DNA from: an uncultured virus (IMG/VR IMGVR_UViG_3300025398_000930)
Taxonomy: Duplodnaviria > Heunggongvirae > Uroviricota > Caudoviricetes
DNA: 59,388 nt
Reading direction: 5' to 3' (one strand)
IMG/VR virus record: IMGVR_UViG_3300025398_000930
Positions 48,395 through 57,587 of this stretch are shown here, piece by piece. The notes below the pieces were generated by a model that was not told the DNA's origin, did no database searches, and worked only from the letters and a program-made list of their open reading frames with translations. Every line of letters begins with the position of its first letter. Position 1 is the stretch's first letter. The position numbers were made by a program, and so were the translations under genes.

Positions 48395-48926
48395 CATTAG
48401 TATCTGTTACCTTAGCTTTTGCTTTTCCGGTTAATTGAGCTATAATCTCTTCTCGGGTAGCTACTAATATGTTAGTGTTACCCTGAGGTAAATTGAGATA
48501 CCCGTCATTCTTAAGACGTTGTATTTCTTTCTTACCTTCGATTTCAAGTTTTTTAAGCTCTTTAACAGTATCTGCCTTTTTAGCTTGTAAATGTATTTTG
48601 TTGACAGTTTCAATAGCACCGGTACTTGCAGCTATTAAGCTTGCTAACCCTGCCATCATTTCAGGATCACCAGTAGCTACTGTTAGTTTTTGTAATTCCA
48701 TTATACTCTTAACACTATTTTCCACCAATTCAGCAGAGTGCTGTAATACAAACGTTTGCATTTCTTCGTTTGTTTTTGGTGGTATAGCAGTAGTCTTTAC
48801 TGGTACATTATCTTCTACCTTTTCTTTAGATTCTTCAGGTGTGTTCAATCCAGCTATAACAGCATCGATTTGATCGATAACGGATTGATTGTCTGTGGAA
48901 TTTTTGTCCGGTAATGGTGGATTCAC
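48372..48926 (-). CDS. Terminase small subunit (gp16-like)
   Basis: Helical core ..TGDPEMMAGLASLI......TVNKIH and NTNILVATREEII, resembling T4 gp16; TAAATA upstream. Confidence 0.55.
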   Translation of the reverse strand: MNPPLPDKNSTDNQSVIDQIDAVIAGLNTPEESKEKVEDNVPVKTTAIPPKTNEEMQTFVLQHSAELVENSVKSIMELQKLTVATGDPEMMAGLASLIAASTGAIETVNKIHLQAKKADTVKELKKLEIEGKKEIQRLKNDGYLNLPQGNTNILVATREEIIAQLTGKAKAKVTDTNVIELSAG

Positions 48927-48947
48927 TAAGAATATTTAGGCAAGCAG

Positions 48948-48975
48948 TTGAGTTATCAAGCTCTTAATATATACT
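48948..48975 (+). promoter_or_regulatory. Sigma70-like promoter for dut and the clamp loader gene
   Basis: TTGAGT-N16-TATACT, 8 nt before ATG 48984. Confidence 0.6.
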
Positions 48976-48983
48976 ACGTCATT

Positions 48984-49544
48984 ATGTCATTCCCAGTTAA
49001 CATTAAATTCGTAAAGACACACGATTTAGCTGTGCTACCAAAGTTTAATCATTCAGACCCTTATACAGGTGATTCTGGTATAGATCTTACAGCAGTTGAG
49101 CAAGTTACTGTACCCGCTAAGGGCTATGCAGTAGTACCTGTAGGTCTTAAATTAGGTTACGTTACACCAGGTTATTGGATCCGTGTAGAGGGTCGTTCTG
49201 GTGTAGGTTTTAAGAAACATATTTTTCCTCATTTCGGTATCATTGATAACCCTTATAGAGGTGATATGGGTATTAAGCTCTATAACTTCGGTACAGAAGA
49301 CCAGACGTTTAAAGTTGGTGATAAGATTGCTCAACTCATTGTTTATCCTTTAGTTCAAGCTGATATTGAATGGACAGATCAAGTAAGTGAAACCACTCGT
49401 GGTGAAAAGGGCTTCGGTGCTTCTGATAAAGCAGTTGATGCTGTTACAACATATAACAACAAAATGAGTGCATTTTCACCTACAGAGGTTACAATTGTAG
49501 CAGATAACGACGGTGGCTTCTCGGTTAAACCTAAAAAGAAATAA
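48984..49544 (+). CDS. dut: Trimeric dUTPase
   Basis: DSGIDL, GRSG, GIIDNPYRG, IAQL, RGEKGFGAS; start placed at ATG 48984. Confidence 0.93.
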   Translation: MSFPVNIKFVKTHDLAVLPKFNHSDPYTGDSGIDLTAVEQVTVPAKGYAVVPVGLKLGYVTPGYWIRVEGRSGVGFKKHIFPHFGIIDNPYRGDMGIKLYNFGTEDQTFKVGDKIAQLIVYPLVQADIEWTDQVSETTRGEKGFGASDKAVDAVTTYNNKMSAFSPTEVTIVADNDGGFSVKPKKK

Positions 49545-50485
49545 TGACAATTAACGAACAGTTAATGAATATATGGGTAGAAGCATACCGGCCAACTAAA
49601 TTAGCCGATATGGTTCTATCTGAGTCTTTACGTGCATTTGTAGAAGAATGTAAACGAAAAGAAGAAATACCTAACCTATTACTTGTAGGTAACCCGGGTA
49701 CTGGTAAAACTACATTAGCTAAAGTTATTATAAATGAATTACTTGATGCGCAGTACCTCTACATTAACGCGAGCGAAAAGAACGGTATCGACGAAGTCAG
49801 ATCCTCTATTCTTTCGTTTGCTCAAACTAAGAGCCTGGATGGCAAAATTAAGATTATCTTTCTGGACGAGTTTGATAACTTTACTGATGCCGGTCAAAGA
49901 GCTCTGCGTAATGTTATGGAAGAGTATGCTGGTAATACCCGTTTTATCCTCACTGGCAACTATTTACATCGTATTATCCAACCGATTCAGTCTCGATGTC
50001 AAGTTTTCACTGATTTTACTCCTCCTATTGGAGAATATGCTAAACGAATAAAGTATATACTACAGCAAGAAAAAATAGCTATTGAAGCTGGTCAAGTAGA
50101 ACGTATCAAAGAAGTTATTCGTTATTACTATCCGGATTTACGTAGAATTATTAACTACATACAACGCAGCGTTATTGATAATAAGCTCGTTATACAAGAC
50201 GTTATTAATAACGAGGGATTCGCCCAAGATATCCTTAGTAAAATTGAAGATAAAGAAGATTTAATGTCTATACGTAAGTTCGTTATAGAATCAGAACAAT
50301 CCTTTGGTAATGATTACCCAAAGTTAATGAAAGATTTGTTTAATTCTGTTTATAAAAGCTCAATGAAGGAGGATAAAAAAAGACTTGCATTGCTGCAAGT
50401 CTCTGAATATCTGTATCGATCAGCTTTAGTAATGGATCAAGAAATCAATTTCTTTAGCTGTCTTATTGCTTTAAGTCAATTATGA
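49544..50485 (+). CDS. gp44: Clamp loader large subunit (gp44/RFC-like)
   Basis: WVEAYRP, GNPGTGKTT, INASE, LDEFD, QSRC. Confidence 0.93.
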   Translation: MTINEQLMNIWVEAYRPTKLADMVLSESLRAFVEECKRKEEIPNLLLVGNPGTGKTTLAKVIINELLDAQYLYINASEKNGIDEVRSSILSFAQTKSLDGKIKIIFLDEFDNFTDAGQRALRNVMEEYAGNTRFILTGNYLHRIIQPIQSRCQVFTDFTPPIGEYAKRIKYILQQEKIAIEAGQVERIKEVIRYYYPDLRRIINYIQRSVIDNKLVIQDVINNEGFAQDILSKIEDKEDLMSIRKFVIESEQSFGNDYPKLMKDLFNSVYKSSMKEDKKRLALLQVSEYLYRSALVMDQEINFFSCLIALSQL

Positions 50486-51889
50486 TAGGTAAGAGTTTGG
50501 GTGAGCTTTAATAGTCACACCATCTTTTGGATGACCACCTGGTAGGTAAGCACGTTTTACTTGTTCTGACTCTTCCATAGGACCGTCTTCACGGGTGCCT
50601 GCTTCTTGGCCAGTTAATTGTTGAGCTGGTGCTGGTTCTGCATTAGAAGAACTTGCCCAGCACTCTTCTTTAACAGATCCATCTTCACCCCAGCACTCAT
50701 CTACTAATCTGTTTTCTTCCATGTTCCAGCATTCATCTTTTACATGGTGCTTTAGATCTGATTCATCGTAAACTTCTTCTAAACAAGTGCATGGGTTTGT
50801 ATGACACTTAGGGCACGGGGCTTCCATGTCATTACCCATCATTTCCATTTCATTACATTGACAAACATCTCTTTTACATATAGGGCAAATTTCTTCAGCA
50901 ATAGTTGCTGTTTTTGGAAACATATGACCATAATACGTTACTACTTCTGAAGCACCATCGCCATCATTCGTATAATAAAGTATATTGCCTGCAATAATTT
51001 CTGCTTTTCTTGCATCAACTTTACGAGTCGCCATAGCCCAATTTTCAATATTTGTAAATGCTAAGCTAAGTACTTCATCTTCAGACATACCTGGTTTTGC
51101 ACCAGCAAGAGCCATTTTTTCAAAAGCGTAAATGTCGTAATCTTCTTTATTGTTTTCTGTTTCTCCCATATTTGCATTAGAACTCATCATACCAACATCT
51201 TCTTCAACTCGTTCTTCTTCATTACCGTCTTCTCGTAAAATGTGTATATAGAGGCTATCTAAAGCTTGTTCTGATTCTTTTAATGTTTTTGGCTTTAGTT
51301 TATTCTTTGGAAGTGGCTTATAACCAGTAGAAGGCTTTGTATCATCATAGTCGTTTGCACCGACGCCTGGTTTTTTATTCTTTTCTGCTAACTCGTAATT
51401 ACCATTCTTAACCCAATTTTCATCATGACCTAAATGATTTTGTTCTTTTGTTTCTGGAGTGTCTTTATTGGATTTCCACTTTTGTGGTTTTTGATTCTCT
51501 CCATTGTCGCGTCTATTATTTTGTGAAATAGGAGCAAGATTTACACCTGTGTCAATTGCTTCAATAATAGATAATGGAACAGTAGTAATGTTACTGAAAT
51601 AGCCTGGAGCTTTTTCTTGATAAATATCTGCATGTGTAGCAGGTAAGCGAATATAACCATATGAGCCGTATTGGTTATTAGGTGTGTGTAAACGAGCCAC
51701 ACGCAAATTGTAACCTGTTTTTTCTGCATCTTCAATACGTGCTTTTACTGTCTCGTTTAGTTCTTTAAAAGCGTCTAAGCTCTTATAATTGGATTTAAGC
51801 TTAATAATATCACCCTCCAAGAACCCAGCGCCTTCTTTATAGCGAGCCGTTATAGTTTCATATAGAGGGATAAACTTACTGTTCTTCAT
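50480..51889 (-). CDS. Hypothetical protein with acidic and Cys-rich modules
   Basis: ORF 469 aa; CPICKRDVCQC, CPKCHTNPCTC and three (D/E)ECW motifs; TAAGTA upstream. Confidence 0.65.
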   Translation of the reverse strand: MKNSKFIPLYETITARYKEGAGFLEGDIIKLKSNYKSLDAFKELNETVKARIEDAEKTGYNLRVARLHTPNNQYGSYGYIRLPATHADIYQEKAPGYFSNITTVPLSIIEAIDTGVNLAPISQNNRRDNGENQKPQKWKSNKDTPETKEQNHLGHDENWVKNGNYELAEKNKKPGVGANDYDDTKPSTGYKPLPKNKLKPKTLKESEQALDSLYIHILREDGNEEERVEEDVGMMSSNANMGETENNKEDYDIYAFEKMALAGAKPGMSEDEVLSLAFTNIENWAMATRKVDARKAEIIAGNILYYTNDGDGASEVVTYYGHMFPKTATIAEEICPICKRDVCQCNEMEMMGNDMEAPCPKCHTNPCTCLEEVYDESDLKHHVKDECWNMEENRLVDECWGEDGSVKEECWASSSNAEPAPAQQLTGQEAGTREDGPMEESEQVKRAYLPGGHPKDGVTIKAHPNSYLS

Positions 51890-51903
51890 AAAATGTATAT
51901 TAT

Positions 51904-51934
51904 TACTTATGTTTTTATACTTTGTTCCTAAGTA
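51904..51934. promoter_or_regulatory. Divergent pair of TAAGTA late motifs
   Basis: TAAGTA on - at 51904-51909 (towards the 469-aa gene) and on + at 51929-51934 (towards gp25). Confidence 0.5.
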
Positions 51935-51940
51935 ATTTAC

Positions 51941-52381
51941 ATGCCATCTATTAGTTTTAACGGTCTACAGAAGGTAGTATCTACTAAAAAGCATAACTAT
52001 GTGGATGTACACTTGGATTTTGCCGACCCTATAGTAAGAGATGTACAGGTTGATTATGACGGTGATGCAATATCTAACTCTCTTACTAACCTATTTAATA
52101 CAATTCCTGGTCAAAACTTATTAAATCCCGAATATGGATTAAATTTGGTGCAATTTGTGTTTGAACCAGCTACTAATGCTACCGCTCACCTAATAGGTAA
52201 TCATATAATGGATAACGTTAGTAATTTTGAACCACGAGTACAAGTCCAGAATGTTAACATAACTGTCAATAAAGACGAGCAAACCTTTACTATTGTATTA
52301 AGTATTTTGATACCAGCTCTTAATCAACAAATCATCTTACCGGGTGTTTTAGACAAAAGCGGGTTTACACTTCTAACATAA
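51941..52381 (+). CDS. gp25: Baseplate wedge protein (gp25-like)
   Basis: AISNSL.NLFNT.PG....NPEYG..L...VFE...FEPRV.V. Confidence 0.85.
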   Translation: MPSISFNGLQKVVSTKKHNYVDVHLDFADPIVRDVQVDYDGDAISNSLTNLFNTIPGQNLLNPEYGLNLVQFVFEPATNATAHLIGNHIMDNVSNFEPRVQVQNVNITVNKDEQTFTIVLSILIPALNQQIILPGVLDKSGFTLLT

Positions 52382-52383
52382 CG

Positions 52384-54219
52384 ATGAATACAGCTTCAGA
52401 CAATAAAGATCTTAATATAGCAAATAATGAATACGTAGCATTTGATGCTCTTTCATTAAGAAGCTTTATTACAAGTCGTTTAAACAACAGCGGCATTATT
52501 ACAGACCAGAACTACGAAGGTTCTAATATTACGGCTATTAATAACATTATAGCATACGCTTTCCACGTTCTTTTATACTATCAGAATCAAACAGCAACCG
52601 AATCCTTGTTTAGTGAAGCTCAGCTTTACGAAAACATGAATCGTATAGTTAAGATTCTAAACTACGCTCCAATCGGTGCACAAACTTCTACTTTATCATT
52701 TTCAGTTTCAGCAGGACCAAATTTAGCTCCAGGCTACTATACAATACCTCGCTATACTTTACTCCGTGCAGGTAATGCAACGTATTCATTCAATGAAGAC
52801 ATTACTTTTACAAGAGTGCTTTCTGGTGTTACAGAAGAACTAACAACTGTAGGTAATCAGTACTTGTTGTATCAGGGTAGCTATATAGAGTACCCGCTTT
52901 ACACGGCACGCGGTGAAGCTAATGAAATTGTTTATTTAATTCCAGGTACCAATGTTATTATAGATCATTTTAATATTGATGTATATGTAAAGAAAACCAA
53001 TTCTACTGGAGAATGGACAAAATGGACAAAGACTGAATCTCTTTATCTACAAAACGCCACTGACACCACATACGAAATACGTTTAAACAGTAATAAGAAT
53101 TACGAACTTAAATTCGGTGATAACATTAACGGTGCTCAATTAGATGTTGGTGATGTTGTAGCAATATACTATTTACAATCAGCAGGTACAACAGGAGAGG
53201 TGGGTGTTGGTGCTATTAATGGTCAAAGCGCTGCATTATACACTACCGGCCAATTTGCACAAATACAGCCTCAAGTCACAAGTAGTGATTTAAATCTATT
53301 AGATGATGTAAGCATTCTAAATCTACAATTCTCTAATACTAACATTTCTACTACATTTACAGATATTGAATCAGTAGATAGTATTCGCTCTAATGCTCCA
53401 GCTTCATACAAGTCTCAGTACAGGGTAGTAACTTCTGCAGACTATGAGTCATATATTAAAGCTAATTTTGCAAACATTATAAACGATGTAGCAGTATTAA
53501 GCAACAATGACTATGTAAATGGACATTTACAGTATCTTTATAATATTGGTCTAACTAACCCAGGAGTTGATTATAGAGTGCTTTACAATCAAATGGCTTT
53601 TGCTGATGCTTGTAACTTTAATAATGTATATGTATATGTTTTACCTAAAGCTACAAAGCTTTTAACTAACAATTATATAAACTATCTTACACCAGCTCAA
53701 AAACAATTAATCATTTCTACTATTACTGATAAAAAGAGTTTAACATCTGAAGTTATTGTAATGGACCCAGTGTACTTGGCAGTAACAACAGGTACAGGTG
53801 TTAGTACTACTGTAACAGCAAGCGACATAGCCAACTCTCAATTAGTGATTACGTTGAAACGTGGTGCTAAAACACCGGTAAGCGTAATACAAAGCAATAT
53901 ACAATCTATATTTGAATCTTATTTCAATCCTTCCAGTTTAACTTTAGGATGTACAATTAATGTTTCAGATATTACCGGTAGTATATTAGCTCTAACTGAT
54001 GTACAATCAGTACAAACAATAAACGGTACAGAAACAGTTAATGGTGTGTCATTAATTGTATATAACCCATCTTATCCAAACAACGATATTACATCAACCT
54101 CAAAAACATTCACTGTACAGCCATTCCAAACAGTATATTTAAATGATATTACTGAGCTACTCTCCCGTGTTGTAGTACAACAAGAAGTATCTCAAAACGC
54201 ATCAATAGTAAACTTCTAA
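52384..54219 (+). CDS. gp6: Baseplate wedge subunit (gp6-like)
   Basis: D.NYEGSN, ESLFSEAQL, LNY.P, ELKFGD, ESVDSIR.NAP...Q.RVVT..DY. Confidence 0.85.
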   Translation: MNTASDNKDLNIANNEYVAFDALSLRSFITSRLNNSGIITDQNYEGSNITAINNIIAYAFHVLLYYQNQTATESLFSEAQLYENMNRIVKILNYAPIGAQTSTLSFSVSAGPNLAPGYYTIPRYTLLRAGNATYSFNEDITFTRVLSGVTEELTTVGNQYLLYQGSYIEYPLYTARGEANEIVYLIPGTNVIIDHFNIDVYVKKTNSTGEWTKWTKTESLYLQNATDTTYEIRLNSNKNYELKFGDNINGAQLDVGDVVAIYYLQSAGTTGEVGVGAINGQSAALYTTGQFAQIQPQVTSSDLNLLDDVSILNLQFSNTNISTTFTDIESVDSIRSNAPASYKSQYRVVTSADYESYIKANFANIINDVAVLSNNDYVNGHLQYLYNIGLTNPGVDYRVLYNQMAFADACNFNNVYVYVLPKATKLLTNNYINYLTPAQKQLIISTITDKKSLTSEVIVMDPVYLAVTTGTGVSTTVTASDIANSQLVITLKRGAKTPVSVIQSNIQSIFESYFNPSSLTLGCTINVSDITGSILALTDVQSVQTINGTETVNGVSLIVYNPSYPNNDITSTSKTFTVQPFQTVYLNDITELLSRVVVQQEVSQNASIVNF

Positions 54220-54220
54220 T

Positions 54221-56584
54221 ATGGCTACCCCGCTAAGTGTTCTTCAAGGTATTACGGTTAGTGGATCAAACAGTTCACTTAGTGGCTTTACTTTAGCTAC
54301 TCCTTTCAGTTATTCACTCACGTTTCCTGCTTCTGCTGGTATCACGCCTGCAGCAGTAACATCAACCTATAGTTTAATGTGGTGGTTTGGTGATGGTACA
54401 TATAGTACAGATTATTCTCCTACTCACATTTATAATTGGCCAGGTATTTATGAAGTAAAAGTAGCACTATTCAATAATGCTACTAACATACCACCATCAA
54501 CATTTTCTGTATTAGTTACAGCGGTTAGTTTCGTTAAAGATACGTTAGCCTGGGATTATACTAATTGGAACAGTATCATGGTAGGGCAGTTGTCTGCTGG
54601 TGCTTGCTTCTTTGGTTATCAAGGATGTAAGTCTGGTACTCCTACTTCAGGTCCTGTACCACTTACATTCAATTACTATACAAGTATACTCAATAACAGC
54701 GCATTAAACTTTCGTTTATACTCTCAAGGCTCTTTATCTCAACCTTATACGGAAATTGAACAAACGCAGACATCAGATTTGCGCCCGGCTTGGCGGTTTA
54801 CTACAGTTTCTGCTAATCCTTTAGATGAAGGTACCATTATTACTAATTACCAACCAATTAGTAGTACACCTATTATAATTGATGCTAATGGTAATTATAA
54901 TCCTAACGGTACATTAGTAGGTCTTTCAGGTTCTGGTAATTTTTACTATATAGACGATATACCTTCTGTAAAGGTTTCATCCACACCCGTTAGTGGTGTA
55001 ATTGTACCTTATCAATCTGTTAACCCAACTACTATATGGGTTACATTAGATACTACATACGTACCTAATTTACCTGGACCAGATTACATTGATGTACCTT
55101 CGTATTCAAATTCTTTAGTTGCGTTATCATCATATTATTATGTACAGCGCTTCTTACCTGATCACGTAAATGTAACATTAAACGGTACTATACCATTAAA
55201 CACTACATATTGGCCAGGTGTTGAAAGTCAATTTGTAACAATGATAAAGAGTCCGTCTGCTGTTGGTACCGCAGCATTTTTATCGAATGTTTCTCTGTTT
55301 AACTACCCACTTAATGCAGGTACTACTAATGTGGGTAATTCGTTCCAGGTTTCATTATCTTCTACCAATTATACTTCTGCAAGTAGTGCATCATTTAATT
55401 TAAGTACAACAGGTTTAACAGGTAACTCTTTACAATACACGATAACAAGATTTGATCTTAATGGTAGAGATGCAGGTGGTTATTATCTTGGTACTTTTAC
55501 ACCTTATACAGTAGGGGCTGCTACATTAAACGTATACAATTTAACTACCCCGAGTTATAGTGGCTTTGCATATACTACAGATCTTACACCGAGTGTGTCT
55601 GCAGGCTATAACCCAACACTTATACCTTGTGCATCAGCTGCTACACTTCGCTATATTACCAATCAACCTAATTCGGTAGGTGGTTATGGTATAGCAGGTG
55701 TAAGCCCGGTGTTCTACGTAGTAGACTTCGATAATACATATTTTGCTCGTAAGATTAATGGCAATTTTGATTTTAGTGCACAATTAAAATCCTATGCTTT
55801 ACAACCGTCAATTAATCAAAATACAGTACTGTTTGATAACTACTTAGCTGCAGTTGCCGGTACCAGTGCTACGAATGATGATACGTACGGTGGTGTAGTG
55901 TATGAAAGAATCGCTAATTATGTAAAAAATATAGCTGATTTAAACACTGCTAATGTTAATAGTTTTTATTCTCAGGCTGAATCGTTAGGCTTAACACTTG
56001 ATAACTACAATTACGATATTCCGCCTACATTGCGTAGAGTAGTAGATATGTATACCACCCAACAAAGTGTCGTGTGGGGTGCAAGATCCCAATATGCACG
56101 TAATTTTTCGTTAAGCGCTGGATTACCTAATTTAGGCGGTATACTATCAGAGTATATTATTAACACTACTATTGTTTCAGCCGGGCAGAAAATAGTAGCT
56201 AATGATTTGTTTAATTCCCAAAACTTTGAGCTAATAGAGGTACCTAAGATTACGAGCTACAGTAGTGTTACAGCACGTGGCTTGGGTAATCTTTTACCTA
56301 CTAAAGCATATCCTGTTTCATCTTATCCTTTAACAGCTTATCCTTTAAGTGCGTTCTTCGGTTGGGGTTTACAGACACCAGTATCTCAAAATTATAGATT
56401 CTTTGTATATAACGGACAAGTAGACGGTCAACAAGTTGAAGGTTTAGTTAGTTGGGATGACCCGTATACCACGTTATCTGAATTATCTGGAACAAATCAT
56501 GCAGACTGGGTAAAAGATGGTGGTATCTTAGAGTCAATTTATAACTATTATATGCATCAAGGATTGGGGTTAATTAAACAATAA
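54221..56584 (+). CDS. PKD-domain virion/baseplate protein
   Basis: WWFGDG......PTHIYNWPGIYEV PKD motif; Ser/Thr-rich; follows gp6. Confidence 0.6.
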   Translation: MATPLSVLQGITVSGSNSSLSGFTLATPFSYSLTFPASAGITPAAVTSTYSLMWWFGDGTYSTDYSPTHIYNWPGIYEVKVALFNNATNIPPSTFSVLVTAVSFVKDTLAWDYTNWNSIMVGQLSAGACFFGYQGCKSGTPTSGPVPLTFNYYTSILNNSALNFRLYSQGSLSQPYTEIEQTQTSDLRPAWRFTTVSANPLDEGTIITNYQPISSTPIIIDANGNYNPNGTLVGLSGSGNFYYIDDIPSVKVSSTPVSGVIVPYQSVNPTTIWVTLDTTYVPNLPGPDYIDVPSYSNSLVALSSYYYVQRFLPDHVNVTLNGTIPLNTTYWPGVESQFVTMIKSPSAVGTAAFLSNVSLFNYPLNAGTTNVGNSFQVSLSSTNYTSASSASFNLSTTGLTGNSLQYTITRFDLNGRDAGGYYLGTFTPYTVGAATLNVYNLTTPSYSGFAYTTDLTPSVSAGYNPTLIPCASAATLRYITNQPNSVGGYGIAGVSPVFYVVDFDNTYFARKINGNFDFSAQLKSYALQPSINQNTVLFDNYLAAVAGTSATNDDTYGGVVYERIANYVKNIADLNTANVNSFYSQAESLGLTLDNYNYDIPPTLRRVVDMYTTQQSVVWGARSQYARNFSLSAGLPNLGGILSEYIINTTIVSAGQKIVANDLFNSQNFELIEVPKITSYSSVTARGLGNLLPTKAYPVSSYPLTAYPLSAFFGWGLQTPVSQNYRFFVYNGQVDGQQVEGLVSWDDPYTTLSELSGTNHADWVKDGGILESIYNYYMHQGLGLIKQ

Positions 56585-56585
56585 T

Positions 56586-57584
56586 ATGCCAGTTTTTAAT
56601 ACAATTAGTACATTAGCAAGTGCCTCCAGTGTATCTGGTGGTGGTGATTCAACCCAGCCTTATTCGTTTCAAGACTGGAGAATACGTAATAACAACATAA
56701 CATCTTCGGATCTAACCGCTCAATACAATGCTTATGTAACCAGCTGGTACGTAAACAAGGGTTTATCAAATGCGGTTTCAGTTAATTATGTAAAAAATTA
56801 TTATCAAACATTTTTACAAACTTTAGGTATAGTTGCTCGTACACCTGAAGAACAAACATTTTTTAGTGAGGTAAACATTAATGATAACATAAGCTTACAG
56901 GCTACTATTACTGCTTATGCTCGTAGATTAAAAGACATATCTGTTTATTTAGCCAATAAACGTAATCATATATCTTATACTAAACTTAAAAATAATCTCA
57001 CAGGCACAAGCACTTCTTTAGAAAGACTTTTCTACAATTACCTCTTAACTGCTTTCACTCGTAAGGTTACCCCAGATGGTATTATATTAAACGGTTTTAC
57101 TATAACAAACCCGGATATTTTAACTTCTTTACCTTATTTAAATACTGTATCATCTCAATTTAGTATAGAGATAGAAGAGCTTTACGATACAAACAATTAC
57201 TTTGATAGAGACCCATCTGTCTCGATAAATACATATACTACTACAACTACATCTGAGGCTTCAGCTGCATTTTATAATGCTGGTGAATATAATATTCCAG
57301 AAGAGTACTTAATATCTCAGGCTGTAGCAGCAGTAGCTACAACAAACTCTCTTTCAATGACAACCACTTTACCAACTTATTGGACATTTATATCAGATGG
57401 TGCAACAACCACATACACGTTATCTAATATTACCTCTTCCCGTGCAAGCGACTATCAGGTGACCATTGATGGTGTAACACAAACACCTGATAGTAGCTAT
57501 ACTGTTAGTGTACAGAACCAAACATTAACGTTTAATGACATACCGCCAATTGGTAATACTATTTTAATTGTAAAACGCTACTAA
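56586..57584 (+). CDS. Probable virion structural protein
   Basis: C-terminal DGATTTYTL....V.IDGVTQTP...YTV.....LTF...PP.G..I domain typical of phage tail proteins. Confidence 0.55.
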   Translation: MPVFNTISTLASASSVSGGGDSTQPYSFQDWRIRNNNITSSDLTAQYNAYVTSWYVNKGLSNAVSVNYVKNYYQTFLQTLGIVARTPEEQTFFSEVNINDNISLQATITAYARRLKDISVYLANKRNHISYTKLKNNLTGTSTSLERLFYNYLLTAFTRKVTPDGIILNGFTITNPDILTSLPYLNTVSSQFSIEIEELYDTNNYFDRDPSVSINTYTTTTTSEASAAFYNAGEYNIPEEYLISQAVAAVATTNSLSMTTTLPTYWTFISDGATTTYTLSNITSSRASDYQVTIDGVTQTPDSSYTVSVQNQTLTFNDIPPIGNTILIVKRY

Positions 57585-57587
57585 ACT

